A DNA stretch of 64,000 nucleotides from Dehalococcoidia bacterium (GTDB taxonomy: Bacteria > Chloroflexota > Dehalococcoidia > Plut-88900). The DNA is taken from positions 736,001-800,000 of the forward strand of contig CBDFLQ010000007.1 of assembly GCA_965249275.1 (NCBI GenBank), written 5' to 3'. This document shows positions 1-8,559 of this stretch, piece by piece (within the stretch, counting starts at the first letter, position 1; each line of letters starts with the position of its first letter). The position numbers and the translations under genes were made by a program. The notes below the pieces were generated by a model, which ran no database searches, was not told the DNA's origin, and worked only from the letters and a program-made list of their open reading frames with translations.

Positions 1-164
1 CCGTGGGGCGGCGTGTGGGCCGCCCTTTGGGATGGGCTTGGACGTTGAGTCCTCGGGGCCGGGTGGGCTTCCCTAGTTTTTGGTACCTCCTTAAGGTGGG
101 TGTCGGGTCTAGACTGGCCCCATAATAGAACAAATGTCTTAAGCGGTCAAGGGGGTGATGTCAC
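1..164 (-). repeat. Dispersed element (runs off the window edge) homologous to 16335-16516; carries a minus-strand promoter with a LexA-like box
   Basis: Positions 1-54 match 16335-16388 at 50/54 nt. Minus strand reads TTGACC(150-145)-17 nt-TATTAT(127-122), with GAAC-AAAT-GTCT at 128-139. Confidence 0.7.
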
Positions 165-271
165 CCTCTATGTGAACGGGATAAAAGCATGTACGGCCAT
201 AACCTCGTGATATCATGTCCTAAGTTCCGCACTACATCGTTGCACTCAATTACAAATGGAGGTCTACGCGC

Positions 272-1552
272 ATGGTCTTGGGCTGGCTAACGGTGGAGGA
301 AGCCCTCGAAAAGATTCTTGGTTACGTCGACCTGCTTGAGGTAGAGGAAAAGCCACTTTTGGACTGCCTGGGACAGGTGTTGGTTGAGGACGCGGTCTCC
401 GAGTTCTCCATCCCGCCAAGGGATAACACCGCCATGGACGGTTACGCTGTCCGATGGGATGACATCCAGCGCGCAAGCCCCGAGTCTCCAATCACTCTGA
501 AAGTAATCGAGGAACTGCCCGCTGGCAAGATCGCCGAGAAATCTGTTTCCGAGGGTCTTGCCGTCAGGATCATGACCGGCGCCGCCATGCCTGACGGCGC
601 CGACACCATAGTCCCCTTCGAGGACACTGACGAGGAAGACCAGAAGTCGGCATCCGGGAGGGGAGGCGTAGAGCATATCGATATACGCAAGGCGTGGAGC
701 ATCGGCTCCAACATCCGGCGTGCAGGGGAGGACGTGGTGCCGGGCACAGTGATAGTCAAGGCCGGCGCAACCCTAAGGCCTGCAGAAATAGGGGTTCTCG
801 CCTCGTTGGGCAAGCCCACGGCAAAGGTGTATCGAAAGCCGGTGGTCTCCGTCCTGGCCACGGGAGACGAACTGCTGGAAGTCGGAGAGCCCCTTGTCCC
901 GGGCAAGATCTACAACAGCAACAACTACAGCGTGGCATCTCTGGTGCTGCGCTATGGCGGCGTGCCCAAGGTGCTCGGAATTGCACAGGACAACATGGAG
1001 TCGCTGAAGTCCAAGATAGCCGAGGGCGTGAACGCCGATATGGTGATCACCTCGGCGGGAGTGTCCAAAGGCGACTACGACATCGTAAAGGACGTCCTGG
1101 CACAGGAAGGCGAGATCGCCTTCTGGATGGTGAAGATGAAACCCGCCCGACCCCTGGCCTTTGGCTTGCTAAAGACCCGGGACACGTCGGGGCGGATGCG
1201 GCAGGTGCCTCATCTGGGCCTGCCGGGCAATCCCGTCAGCTCCATGATCGCGTTCGAGCAGTTCGGTAGACCCGCGTTGCTGAAGATGCAGGGCAAGAAG
1301 GACCTCGACAAGCCCACGGTGGACGCTGTCATGGAAGACTCAATCGTAAACACTGACGCACGTCGGATTTTCGCCCGGGCAGTAGTCACCCGGCGGGATG
1401 GGCAATACTACGCCCGGACCACTGGCCCCCAGGGCTCCGGCATCCTGACTTCGATGTCCTTGGCCAACGGCTTGGCCATAGTGCCCGAGGATGTGGAGTC
1501 CGTAGACAAAGGTGACGTAGTTAAAGTGCAGATGCTGGACTGGGGGCTGTAA
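272..1552 (+). CDS. moeA: Molybdopterin molybdotransferase MoeA
   Basis: AMDGYAV, IMTGA..PDGAD, TGDEL, GLPGNPVS and GSGILTS motifs; 426 aa. Confidence 0.95.
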   Translation: MVLGWLTVEEALEKILGYVDLLEVEEKPLLDCLGQVLVEDAVSEFSIPPRDNTAMDGYAVRWDDIQRASPESPITLKVIEELPAGKIAEKSVSEGLAVRIMTGAAMPDGADTIVPFEDTDEEDQKSASGRGGVEHIDIRKAWSIGSNIRRAGEDVVPGTVIVKAGATLRPAEIGVLASLGKPTAKVYRKPVVSVLATGDELLEVGEPLVPGKIYNSNNYSVASLVLRYGGVPKVLGIAQDNMESLKSKIAEGVNADMVITSAGVSKGDYDIVKDVLAQEGEIAFWMVKMKPARPLAFGLLKTRDTSGRMRQVPHLGLPGNPVSSMIAFEQFGRPALLKMQGKKDLDKPTVDAVMEDSIVNTDARRIFARAVVTRRDGQYYARTTGPQGSGILTSMSLANGLAIVPEDVESVDKGDVVKVQMLDWGL

Positions 1553-1564
1553 ATACTCCCGTCG

Positions 1565-1858
1565 TTATCCCACCCGGAACCCATAATAGGTACCCTTGGC
1601 AGGGGACCAGGAGACTTCTACTGCGTCTACCATTGCATCCGGCGGCCCGACGTGAAGTTGGCATAAAAGGACTTCCAAATCAGATCTGGCCCCTTCAGCA
1701 ACGACTTCCACAGATCGACCATCGCCACGATTGTAGGCATATCCGGTCAATCCCAACTCATTAGCCGCCTCTTGAACGAAGTAACGGAAGAACACCCCCT
1801 GCACCCGACCCCTGACAATGGCAGTAAGCCTTGCACTCTCTCCAGGTTTCTCATCCAT
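1565..1858 (-). CDS. acyP: Acylphosphatase
   Basis: VRGRVQGVFFR signature, G..N..DG.SVEVVAEG and GPP.A.V; 97 aa. Confidence 0.92.
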   Translation of the reverse strand: MDEKPGESARLTAIVRGRVQGVFFRYFVQEAANELGLTGYAYNRGDGRSVEVVAEGARSDLEVLLCQLHVGPPDAMVDAVEVSWSPAKGTYYGFRVG

Positions 1859-1991
1859 AGAGATAGTCTAGCTGCCAGCGTGCAGGTGCGTGTAGGGGCC
1901 GGGTCAAGTATGGAACACCGCATCCACAAATCGCCTTGCGTGCCTAAAAAGGCCAAGTCTATAATTGGGCTTGTCGGCGGAGGGGGGACAA

Positions 1992-2579
1992 GTGAAGCGA
2001 CAACGCCTTACGGCTGATCGGTTCGAGCGCCTGGGCACCGACAAGCTGGGCGACGACGTACTTCGGAGAAAGGTCCGATCTCATCATCCGCTTAGGCTAA
2101 GACCTAGGCTGCCAGGGGTGCTGAATTTTTGGAAGGTGGTTTTCACCGAGACCCCCTTGCTACTTTCCTTGTCCGTCGTTGCTTTCCTAGCAGGTTTGGT
2201 GGCTACGCTGATTTACTTCCTGGAGAGAGACAGCAACGCCAACGTAGATGGATTCGTGGACGCACTGTGGTGGGCAATCTTCACTATGCAGACCCACGGC
2301 AACAACTGGAGACCCGACACTTTCTGGGGAAGCGTAGTAGGGGGCGCATGGTCGATCATCGGTACCATAATCTTTTACGGAGCAATCATCGCCAGCGTGA
2401 CGGTATTCTTCATGCGCAGGCGGGAGCGCACGGAAGTTGAACTGATAACCACAATCAAGCGAAACTTGGAAGACCTTGACAAACTAAGTATGGAGGAACT
2501 GGAACTCCTCCGGGAGTCAACCAACAACCTGGTGGGGCTGCACATTGAGCAGTTGAAAATGCGCAACCCGAACAGGTGA
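1992..2579 (+). CDS. Two-TM K+-channel-fold (ion_trans_2) protein with atypical filter
   Basis: TM1, pore helix DALWWAIFTM, loop QTHGNNWRPDT, TM2 ending IIASVT. GTG start follows GGAGG; lies upstream of usp and trkA genes. Confidence 0.75.
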   Translation: MKRQRLTADRFERLGTDKLGDDVLRRKVRSHHPLRLRPRLPGVLNFWKVVFTETPLLLSLSVVAFLAGLVATLIYFLERDSNANVDGFVDALWWAIFTMQTHGNNWRPDTFWGSVVGGAWSIIGTIIFYGAIIASVTVFFMRRRERTEVELITTIKRNLEDLDKLSMEELELLRESTNNLVGLHIEQLKMRNPNR

Positions 2580-2623
2580 TGAGGGCGCCACCTAAGTGGC
2601 TCTGCGAGTTAAAATAGCAAGCA

Positions 2624-3058
2624 ATGATATATAGACGAATCATGGTAGCGGTGGACGGCAATACCGCCGACGAGGAGGCCATTGCACTGGCGTGCAGCTT
2701 CGCACAGGAGAGCAACGGCGCAGTGTTCGTCCTATACGTCATTGAGGTGCCCTGGTCCTATCCCCTGGACGCCGAGATGGGGCTGGAGGTGCGCAAAGCC
2801 GAGGCCGTACTGGACTATATGGAGAGCGTGGCCAAAAGCCAGCACACCTCCGTCCAGACCGAGGTTGTGCAAGCACGAAACGCCGGGCTGGGGGTGGTCA
2901 AGGCCGCCAGCGACAGGCGAATCGACCTCGTCGTGATGAACACCCTATATGAAAGAAAGTATGGCGAGTTCACACTCGGCAGTGCCGCGCCCTACGTGCT
3001 GGAGAACGCCACGTGCCACGTGTGGCTTTACCGTGGCCCTATGAACGGGGCAGGGTAG
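2624..3058 (+). CDS. Universal stress protein
   Basis: YRRIMVAVDG, DLVVM and LGS...YVL.NA.C.V motifs. Confidence 0.9.
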   Translation: MIYRRIMVAVDGNTADEEAIALACSFAQESNGAVFVLYVIEVPWSYPLDAEMGLEVRKAEAVLDYMESVAKSQHTSVQTEVVQARNAGLGVVKAASDRRIDLVVMNTLYERKYGEFTLGSAAPYVLENATCHVWLYRGPMNGAG

Positions 3059-3115
3059 CAGGGCGCCCGGGTCCTGCCTCAGCCCACAAAGTAGGATCGC
3101 AATGAACCTTGGGAA

Positions 3116-3520
3116 TTGGACATGAATGTAGTTATCGTCGGGTGCGGCAGAGTCGGAGGAAGGCTGGGAACGGTCCTGGATGCCGAGGGGCATAAGGTTA
3201 CGGTCATGGATGTTGACGAGGACAGTTTCCGTTTTCTGGGGCCCGGATTTCGCGGTAACGCTTTAATCGGGGACGGGACCGACGACGACGATCTGGCGCG
3301 GGCAGACATTGATGATACGGATGTTTTCGTCGCCGCCACCCGGGAGGACAATTGCAACCTGCTGGCGTCCCAAAAGGCGAAGACTCAATTCAAAGTCCCC
3401 AAGGTGGTGTGCAGGCTGCATGACCCGATCCAGAAAGACCTGTTCCGGGATTTGGGCCTCGAGACTATCAGCCCGACCACGGTGACCGTGGAACTCCTCA
3501 GAGACGCCATAGAGAGGTAG
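3116..3520 (+). CDS. TrkA-N (RCK_N) domain protein
   Basis: VIVGCGRVG, GDGTD and AAT.ED..NL motifs; RCK_N only. Confidence 0.9.
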   Translation: MDMNVVIVGCGRVGGRLGTVLDAEGHKVTVMDVDEDSFRFLGPGFRGNALIGDGTDDDDLARADIDDTDVFVAATREDNCNLLASQKAKTQFKVPKVVCRLHDPIQKDLFRDLGLETISPTTVTVELLRDAIER

Positions 3521-3530
3521 GCCCGTAGAG

Positions 3531-4211
3531 TTGTACATCTTGCTGGTCGGAGGGAGTTCGGTCGCATACCATTTGGCCAAGAACCTGCTCGCACGGTCCC
3601 ATGAGGTGCTGATAATAGAACAGGAACGGGAACGCAGCGCTGAGCTCGGTAGAGATCTGGGGGACGTGGTGTTGCGGGGGGACGGGTGCGAGGCGACTGT
3701 GTTGGAGGCCGCCGGCGCATCTCGTGCAGATACCCTGATCGCCACAACCGGCCAGGACAAGGATAACCTCACGGCTTGTCAGGTTGCCAAGACCAGGTTC
3801 CGGGTATCTCGCACAATTGCGATAGTTAACGACCCGCGTAATGAGTCCCTATTCAAGAAACTGGGCGTGGACGTCACCATCAGCATAACTCGCCTGATAC
3901 TCTCATACATAGAACACCAGCTTCCTGATCAGGCCTCCGTACCGCTGTTGGACTTTGACGCTTCGGGAGCTGCACTTGTGTCTGTAAAGATACCAAGCGA
4001 CCTCGACATCCAAAGTAGACGTATCGGGGATCTCAACCTTCCATCAGGGACGTTCATATCCTTGATCATAAACAAAGAGGGTGTGCCGATGGCGCCGAGT
4101 CCCGATCTGGTGCTCAACGAGCATGACGAGGTTATCGCGGTAACTGCGACGGAAGACGAGGAGATGCTGCGTTCAGCTCTCTTCGGGGATAATTCCTCGG
4201 ATGGCGTATGA
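3531..4211 (+). CDS. TrkA-family RCK_N/RCK_C potassium-uptake regulatory protein
   Basis: GDGCE...LE.AG..RAD..IATTG.DKDNL, plus a C-terminal RCK_C domain. Confidence 0.9.
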   Translation: MYILLVGGSSVAYHLAKNLLARSHEVLIIEQERERSAELGRDLGDVVLRGDGCEATVLEAAGASRADTLIATTGQDKDNLTACQVAKTRFRVSRTIAIVNDPRNESLFKKLGVDVTISITRLILSYIEHQLPDQASVPLLDFDASGAALVSVKIPSDLDIQSRRIGDLNLPSGTFISLIINKEGVPMAPSPDLVLNEHDEVIAVTATEDEEMLRSALFGDNSSDGV

Positions 4212-5035
4212 GTAAGCGTCTGGGTTACCTGGGCCCCCGAGGCACCTTCACCGAGGAGGCTGCCATCCTATATGACCCTCACGCCAACTTTGTGCCACTG
4301 CCATCGATATCAGCCGTGGGATCGGCTGTGGTATCAGGAATGGTCGAAGAAGGAGTGGTTGCCATCGAGAACAGTATCGAGGGCTCGGTGACCGACACAC
4401 TGGACCTGCTCATTCATGGCTCTCAACTGGCCATAAGATATGAGCTAGTTCTTCCCATACGCCACTGTTTGCTGGTGCTTCCCGGCGCCCAGGCCAACGA
4501 CATCAAGGTGGTCTATTCCCATCCGCAAGCGCTCGGTCAGAGCCGGGGATTCCTGGAGAGGTGCTTTCCCAAAGCCCAGATGGAAGCGGCCCTCAGCACT
4601 GCCGCAGGCGTTGAGGAAGTTAAGAAGAGCGACGGATCTGTGGCTGCTGTAGCCACAAGACGAGCGGCAGACATTTACGGCGTCCACGTGCTTGCTTCGG
4701 ACATTCAGGAGACGATGAACAACGAGACGCGGTTCGTGGTGCTGGCGTCGGGAGATAATTCTCCTACCGGGTCGGACCGCACGTCCCTCTGTTTCTCGTT
4801 CGATGAGGACAGGCCGGGGGCCTTGGTGGAGGTGCTGAGTGAGTTCGCCCAAAGGGACATCAATCTAAGCAAGATCCATTCCCGCCCCTCCAAGGATGCG
4901 CTTGGCCGCTACATCTTCCTGGTGGACCTGTACGGACACAGGGAGGACACGCTGGTGTCCGAGGCGTTAGATCGGGTGGAACGGATAACTTCCCGGTTCA
5001 GAGTGTTCGGCTCTTACCCACGTTTCTCTGAATAG
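4208..5035 (+). CDS. pheA: Prephenate dehydratase
   Basis: YLGP.GTF.E.AA, ENSIEGSV, SHPQAL.Q, N.TRF and ACT domain INLSKI.SRP. Confidence 0.95.
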   Translation: MSKRLGYLGPRGTFTEEAAILYDPHANFVPLPSISAVGSAVVSGMVEEGVVAIENSIEGSVTDTLDLLIHGSQLAIRYELVLPIRHCLLVLPGAQANDIKVVYSHPQALGQSRGFLERCFPKAQMEAALSTAAGVEEVKKSDGSVAAVATRRAADIYGVHVLASDIQETMNNETRFVVLASGDNSPTGSDRTSLCFSFDEDRPGALVEVLSEFAQRDINLSKIHSRPSKDALGRYIFLVDLYGHREDTLVSEALDRVERITSRFRVFGSYPRFSE

Positions 5036-5093
5036 GCTCGACTTGCCTGCATGCTAGGCAAGTACCGCTATACACCAAAAGGGAAACTCCGGG

Positions 5094-5351
5094 TCATTCC
5101 TGCTCCTCAGGCACTGCTCCCCTGCGACGTTTCACCATCTCATCCAGCTCGGAAACCTTCTCGGCTGCAGCCTTCTTTCCAACAGTGATGGCCCCGTCGA
5201 TGCGCGCCTTGAGCTCCTTCTGGAAGGTTGGGCCCGAGGCCTCGGGGGCCTGACCGTTTTCTCCCTGGTGTTGGAACTGTGGCGCTGTCGCTAAGACAAT
5301 CGTAGCTCCAGCTGCGCCACCCATTAAGAAACCTATGATGAAAGCAAACAT
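5094..5351 (-). CDS. YtxH-like small membrane protein
   Basis: N-terminal FIIGFLMGGAAGA...LATAP followed by a helical tail; ATG 5351 follows GAGG. Confidence 0.65.
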   Translation of the reverse strand: MFAFIIGFLMGGAAGATIVLATAPQFQHQGENGQAPEASGPTFQKELKARIDGAITVGKKAAAEKVSELDEMVKRRRGAVPEEQE

Positions 5352-5447
5352 GACAATAACCTCTTTTGCTTTAGAGAAAATGCCGGGACGCGGTTCCCTG
5401 TGGACCAATTGAAGGCGGCATAGTTCGCCGTAGTCGGTCCAGCGCTA

Positions 5448-5744
5448 TTACCTGGAAAACTTGCTGAGAAAGGACAACGCCTTTTTGGCGCCTGCAGCCA
5501 TGCCCCACGTCTTGATGAGTGGTTTCACCACCGCATCCGTGATCATGGTGGATGTAGCGGCGACGTTTCCCAAGGTGACCCGGGTATTTTCCAAGTTACC
5601 CTTGGCAGACTCTATCAATCCACCCATCTTGCGGTAGAAGAGGAAGGCAATCAGGATCAAGAGAACGACGAGCAAGGTTCCAATACCAAAAAAGACGATT
5701 AAAACTACGTCCCTGATCGCGCCCAGAACTAGCAGGTCCAGCAA
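5448..5744 (-). CDS. DUF948-like membrane-anchored protein
   Basis: One TM helix plus an amphipathic helix; strong SD AAGGAGG; paired with the YtxH-like gene. Confidence 0.6.
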   Translation of the reverse strand: MLDLLVLGAIRDVVLIVFFGIGTLLVVLLILIAFLFYRKMGGLIESAKGNLENTRVTLGNVAATSTMITDAVVKPLIKTWGMAAGAKKALSFLSKFSR

Positions 5745-6364
5745 CTATGTCCTCCTTAGATGCTCGGCGAGATGGTAGCACACGCCTATAGGCGCCGCAA
5801 TCTGGGCCTTTTGTCATGGAAAAGATTTATTCTCATTGTTGAGCAATGCAGCACACTGATAGACATTTGAGAGCATCAGATGGGAGGTTTTCCGATCCCC
5901 AATAGCATTTGAGGCGCAGGAAGGCTCGACGGTTGCTATGTCTCCTGTCAAAAGCCGGCTGTACCACATAAACCAATCAAGCCGTTAGAAGCAGGCAACC
6001 AAAATGCGCTACTGCCTTTAGTGCCGCCCCAAAACACCGATAGTGTCAAAAGGGCTACTAATGAACCAGCGCATTGAAGTGTGCATATGAATAACGCAAT
6101 TTATCAGGAGATACACCTGACGAGTCGAATGCGCCGAATCAATTGACGTTACGCTATTGGTTTGCAGGGAGCCCGACTACGAGTTAATAGTCCGCCCGGC
6201 AACCAAGTCAGCAAAACAAGGGCTCCGTGGCGTGCCAGGAGATGCGCCCAAGAGTTAGTGCGCAAGGGCACTGCCTGCTAGGCTTCGATTAACCCGCGTT
6301 TATCAACATTTTGACATCGCGGGTGATCGGGCCAGGTGTGTTTACGGTTGCCGAAGGATAGACC

Positions 6365-6574
6365 CTAGCGGACTCTAGGCATGTGACCTACGCCACTGCC
6401 AATGGGCTCGTTGATGAATACGTCGCCGTTGCGGATCTTCAGGTTATATCCACACTTGGGATTGCTGCATACCCATGCTTTATAGCGTATGGGAGCGCCC
6501 TGTCCACCGAAATCCGAAAGCGGCAACAGGTCGCCGCTATTGCATGCTTGACAAGTAGGAAATGATTCAGACAC
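6365..6574 (-). CDS. Small zinc-ribbon protein
   Basis: CQAC...CSNPKC; GTG start after a purine-rich SD. Confidence 0.7.
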   Translation of the reverse strand: MSESFPTCQACNSGDLLPLSDFGGQGAPIRYKAWVCSNPKCGYNLKIRNGDVFINEPIGSGVGHMPRVR

Positions 6575-6787
6575 CTCTCTCCCCCTCCACATTGTTAATT
6601 TTTTTACAAAGTGCTGTGACCCAAATATAACACCTGCCTAGGCAGTTTTCAAGCTAGTTAGGGGATGGGCACATCTCCCTCCCATTCAATACTGGAAGAA
6701 GGAATCGGCAACAGACAGTAGAGCGCTCTTATTCAGTACCGAGGGAATAACAGCCGACCAAGCGTTATGGTTAACCCAAGAGAGGCC

Positions 6788-7366
6788 CTAGGCCCGCGGA
6801 GGAGTGCGTGCGATGGCGTCCCGGACTTCGGGGTAAGCGTGCTTGGTCATACGAGCCGGGAGCTTAGGCTTGGGGCCATCGTCATCTACTTTGAGGCAGA
6901 CCAGGGTCGGGCCCGGTTTCTCCAGAATTTCTGGCAGCGCGAGGGAGAACTCCTCCACCCCGTCGAACTCGAAGACGTTAGGGTAGCCCGCAGCCTTCGC
7001 CAAGCCCGTGAAGGAGAATTTCTCTGCACCCGGAAGGGGCTGCGCCCCGCTCAGGCCATAGACGTTGTTCTGGTATACGAAGTGAATAAAGTTCGGGGGG
7101 GCCATGTTGGCTATCGTAACCAGAGACCCGAGATTCATCAAAAGGCTGCCATCCGAGTCAACTACCTGCACCTTAAGGTCCGGCCTCCCCAACGCCACGC
7201 CGAGACCTATGGAGGACGCCTTGCTCATCGAGTTGATCAGGGGCAGGTGGAACTCCCGCCGGTCTGATATCGAGTCCCAGATAGTGAAAGGTGTCTCCGT
7301 AGTGATCATCACGGAGTCGCCCTGGTGACGGGAAATTATTTTGAGGGCCTCTATGCCGGGGATCAT
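6788..7366 (-). CDS. TPP-dependent decarboxylase beta subunit (sulfopyruvate decarboxylase ComE-like)
   Basis: SIGLGVAL and SDGSLLMNLGSL.T...NN.Y..SG.Q TPP-binding motif. Confidence 0.85.
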   Translation of the reverse strand: MIPGIEALKIISRHQGDSVMITTETPFTIWDSISDRREFHLPLINSMSKASSIGLGVALGRPDLKVQVVDSDGSLLMNLGSLVTIANMAPPNFIHFVYQNNVYGLSGAQPLPGAEKFSFTGLAKAAGYPNVFEFDGVEEFSLALPEILEKPGPTLVCLKVDDDGPKPKLPARMTKHAYPEVRDAIARTPPRA

Positions 7367-7872
7367 CCCTGTTGGTACTCCGCTCCAATGAGCACGGCCA
7401 CGGGCATCGATCTTTCCTGGGTCTCCGCATAGGCCTGGGATATTCGGCTCACGTCTTCGTCCGTCTCGATCAAATGGTAGTCAATACCCCAAGCTCCCAG
7501 TACCGGTTCCAGGTAGGTGGCTGCGGAGTCAACTATGGGACCCTCCCGCTTGAACCCTCGGTAGCCAATGAATATGAGGAGAGGGAGGCCGACGTCCAAG
7601 GCCAGACCACGCACCGCGTCGCCCGACTCGTAGAAGCCGGTGCTCTGGATCATGCACACAGGTTTCTGCCCGCCAAGGATAAGGCCCATAGCAATTGGTA
7701 TCGCCTCGCCCTCTCGACAGACGGGCACTAGCTTGATGTCGGGGTCCGAGGATACGGCATCGTAGAGGAATCGGCTCTCGGTGTCGGGGAGCCAGACTAC
7801 GTGGCTGACACCCAGTTTCTTGAGCTCGCCGAGGATGGCGGCTGGGGTAAGCGTCTTCTCGGTAATAATCAT
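7363..7872 (-). CDS. TPP-dependent decarboxylase alpha subunit (ComD-like)
   Basis: LPD, CREGEA..IA.G and QSTG motifs; 4-bp overlap with the beta subunit. Confidence 0.85.
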   Translation of the reverse strand: MIITEKTLTPAAILGELKKLGVSHVVWLPDTESRFLYDAVSSDPDIKLVPVCREGEAIPIAMGLILGGQKPVCMIQSTGFYESGDAVRGLALDVGLPLLIFIGYRGFKREGPIVDSAATYLEPVLGAWGIDYHLIETDEDVSRISQAYAETQERSMPVAVLIGAEYQQG

Positions 7873-7908
7873 AGCAGCAGAGATGTTAACACACGTAGAA
7901 GTTGGGCC

Positions 7909-8277
7909 CTAGCCCGAGGAAATGATGGCCCGTCTGTGGGAGGCAACCCCGATCTTCTTGTCGCCTTCAGAGGCTTCGATGGAATAGGTAAGCTTATTCT
8001 TATCGACCCCTGTGAGCTCGGCGCGGACAGTGACCTTCCCGCCAATCAACGTGGGTGCGATGTGCCGGAGCCCGTCCACTGCGAAGCCGACGGTAGTGAA
8101 TCCCTTGGGCAGCATGTGGTCAGTGGCCTTGATGCTGGTGTCCTCCATCAAGCCGAGAAGCGCGGGAGTGGAAAGGACATCCGCTCCCTCCTTGCCGGTG
8201 CGGTTGGTAGTCATCTCCTTGTCAACGGTAATGACCTGTTCAGCGCTCAGGCCGGGTTGTAGCATGCTCGTGTCCAT
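7909..8277 (-). CDS. FlK-type (fluoroacetyl-CoA thioesterase-like) hotdog thioesterase
   Basis: VLSTP.L..LME, TVG....RHIAPT and H.RAII motifs. Confidence 0.88.
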   Translation of the reverse strand: MDTSMLQPGLSAEQVITVDKEMTTNRTGKEGADVLSTPALLGLMEDTSIKATDHMLPKGFTTVGFAVDGLRHIAPTLIGGKVTVRAELTGVDKNKLTYSIEASEGDKKIGVASHRRAIISSG

Positions 8278-8345
8278 AGTGTTGCTCAGTCTCCCTGGGG
8301 GTTATTTGGCCCGACGGCTATATTACAACACGCGGGCCTCGTTCC

Positions 8346-8546
8346 CTAACCGCCGCTATCCCACCTACGCCGGTAAAACAGGTATGCGGCAATCAATGAC
8401 ACGGGGATGAGCAAAATGATGGCTCCGAGTCCAAGCACCGCCGGCCATCCATCTATGCCGAACATGGTGTCGAGGCGGTGCAAGATGGCTTCCAGGAGGT
8501 CGGGGTCTATGGCGCCTTCGTGATGTGCCAGAATGATCGAGAGCAT
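8346..8546 (-). CDS. Small membrane protein, hypothetical
   Basis: 66 aa with a C-terminal TM helix and RRR; co-oriented between the MFS and thioesterase genes. Confidence 0.5.
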   Translation of the reverse strand: MLSIILAHHEGAIDPDLLEAILHRLDTMFGIDGWPAVLGLGAIILLIPVSLIAAYLFYRRRWDSGG

Positions 8547-8559
8547 TGAGAGAGGGTTA

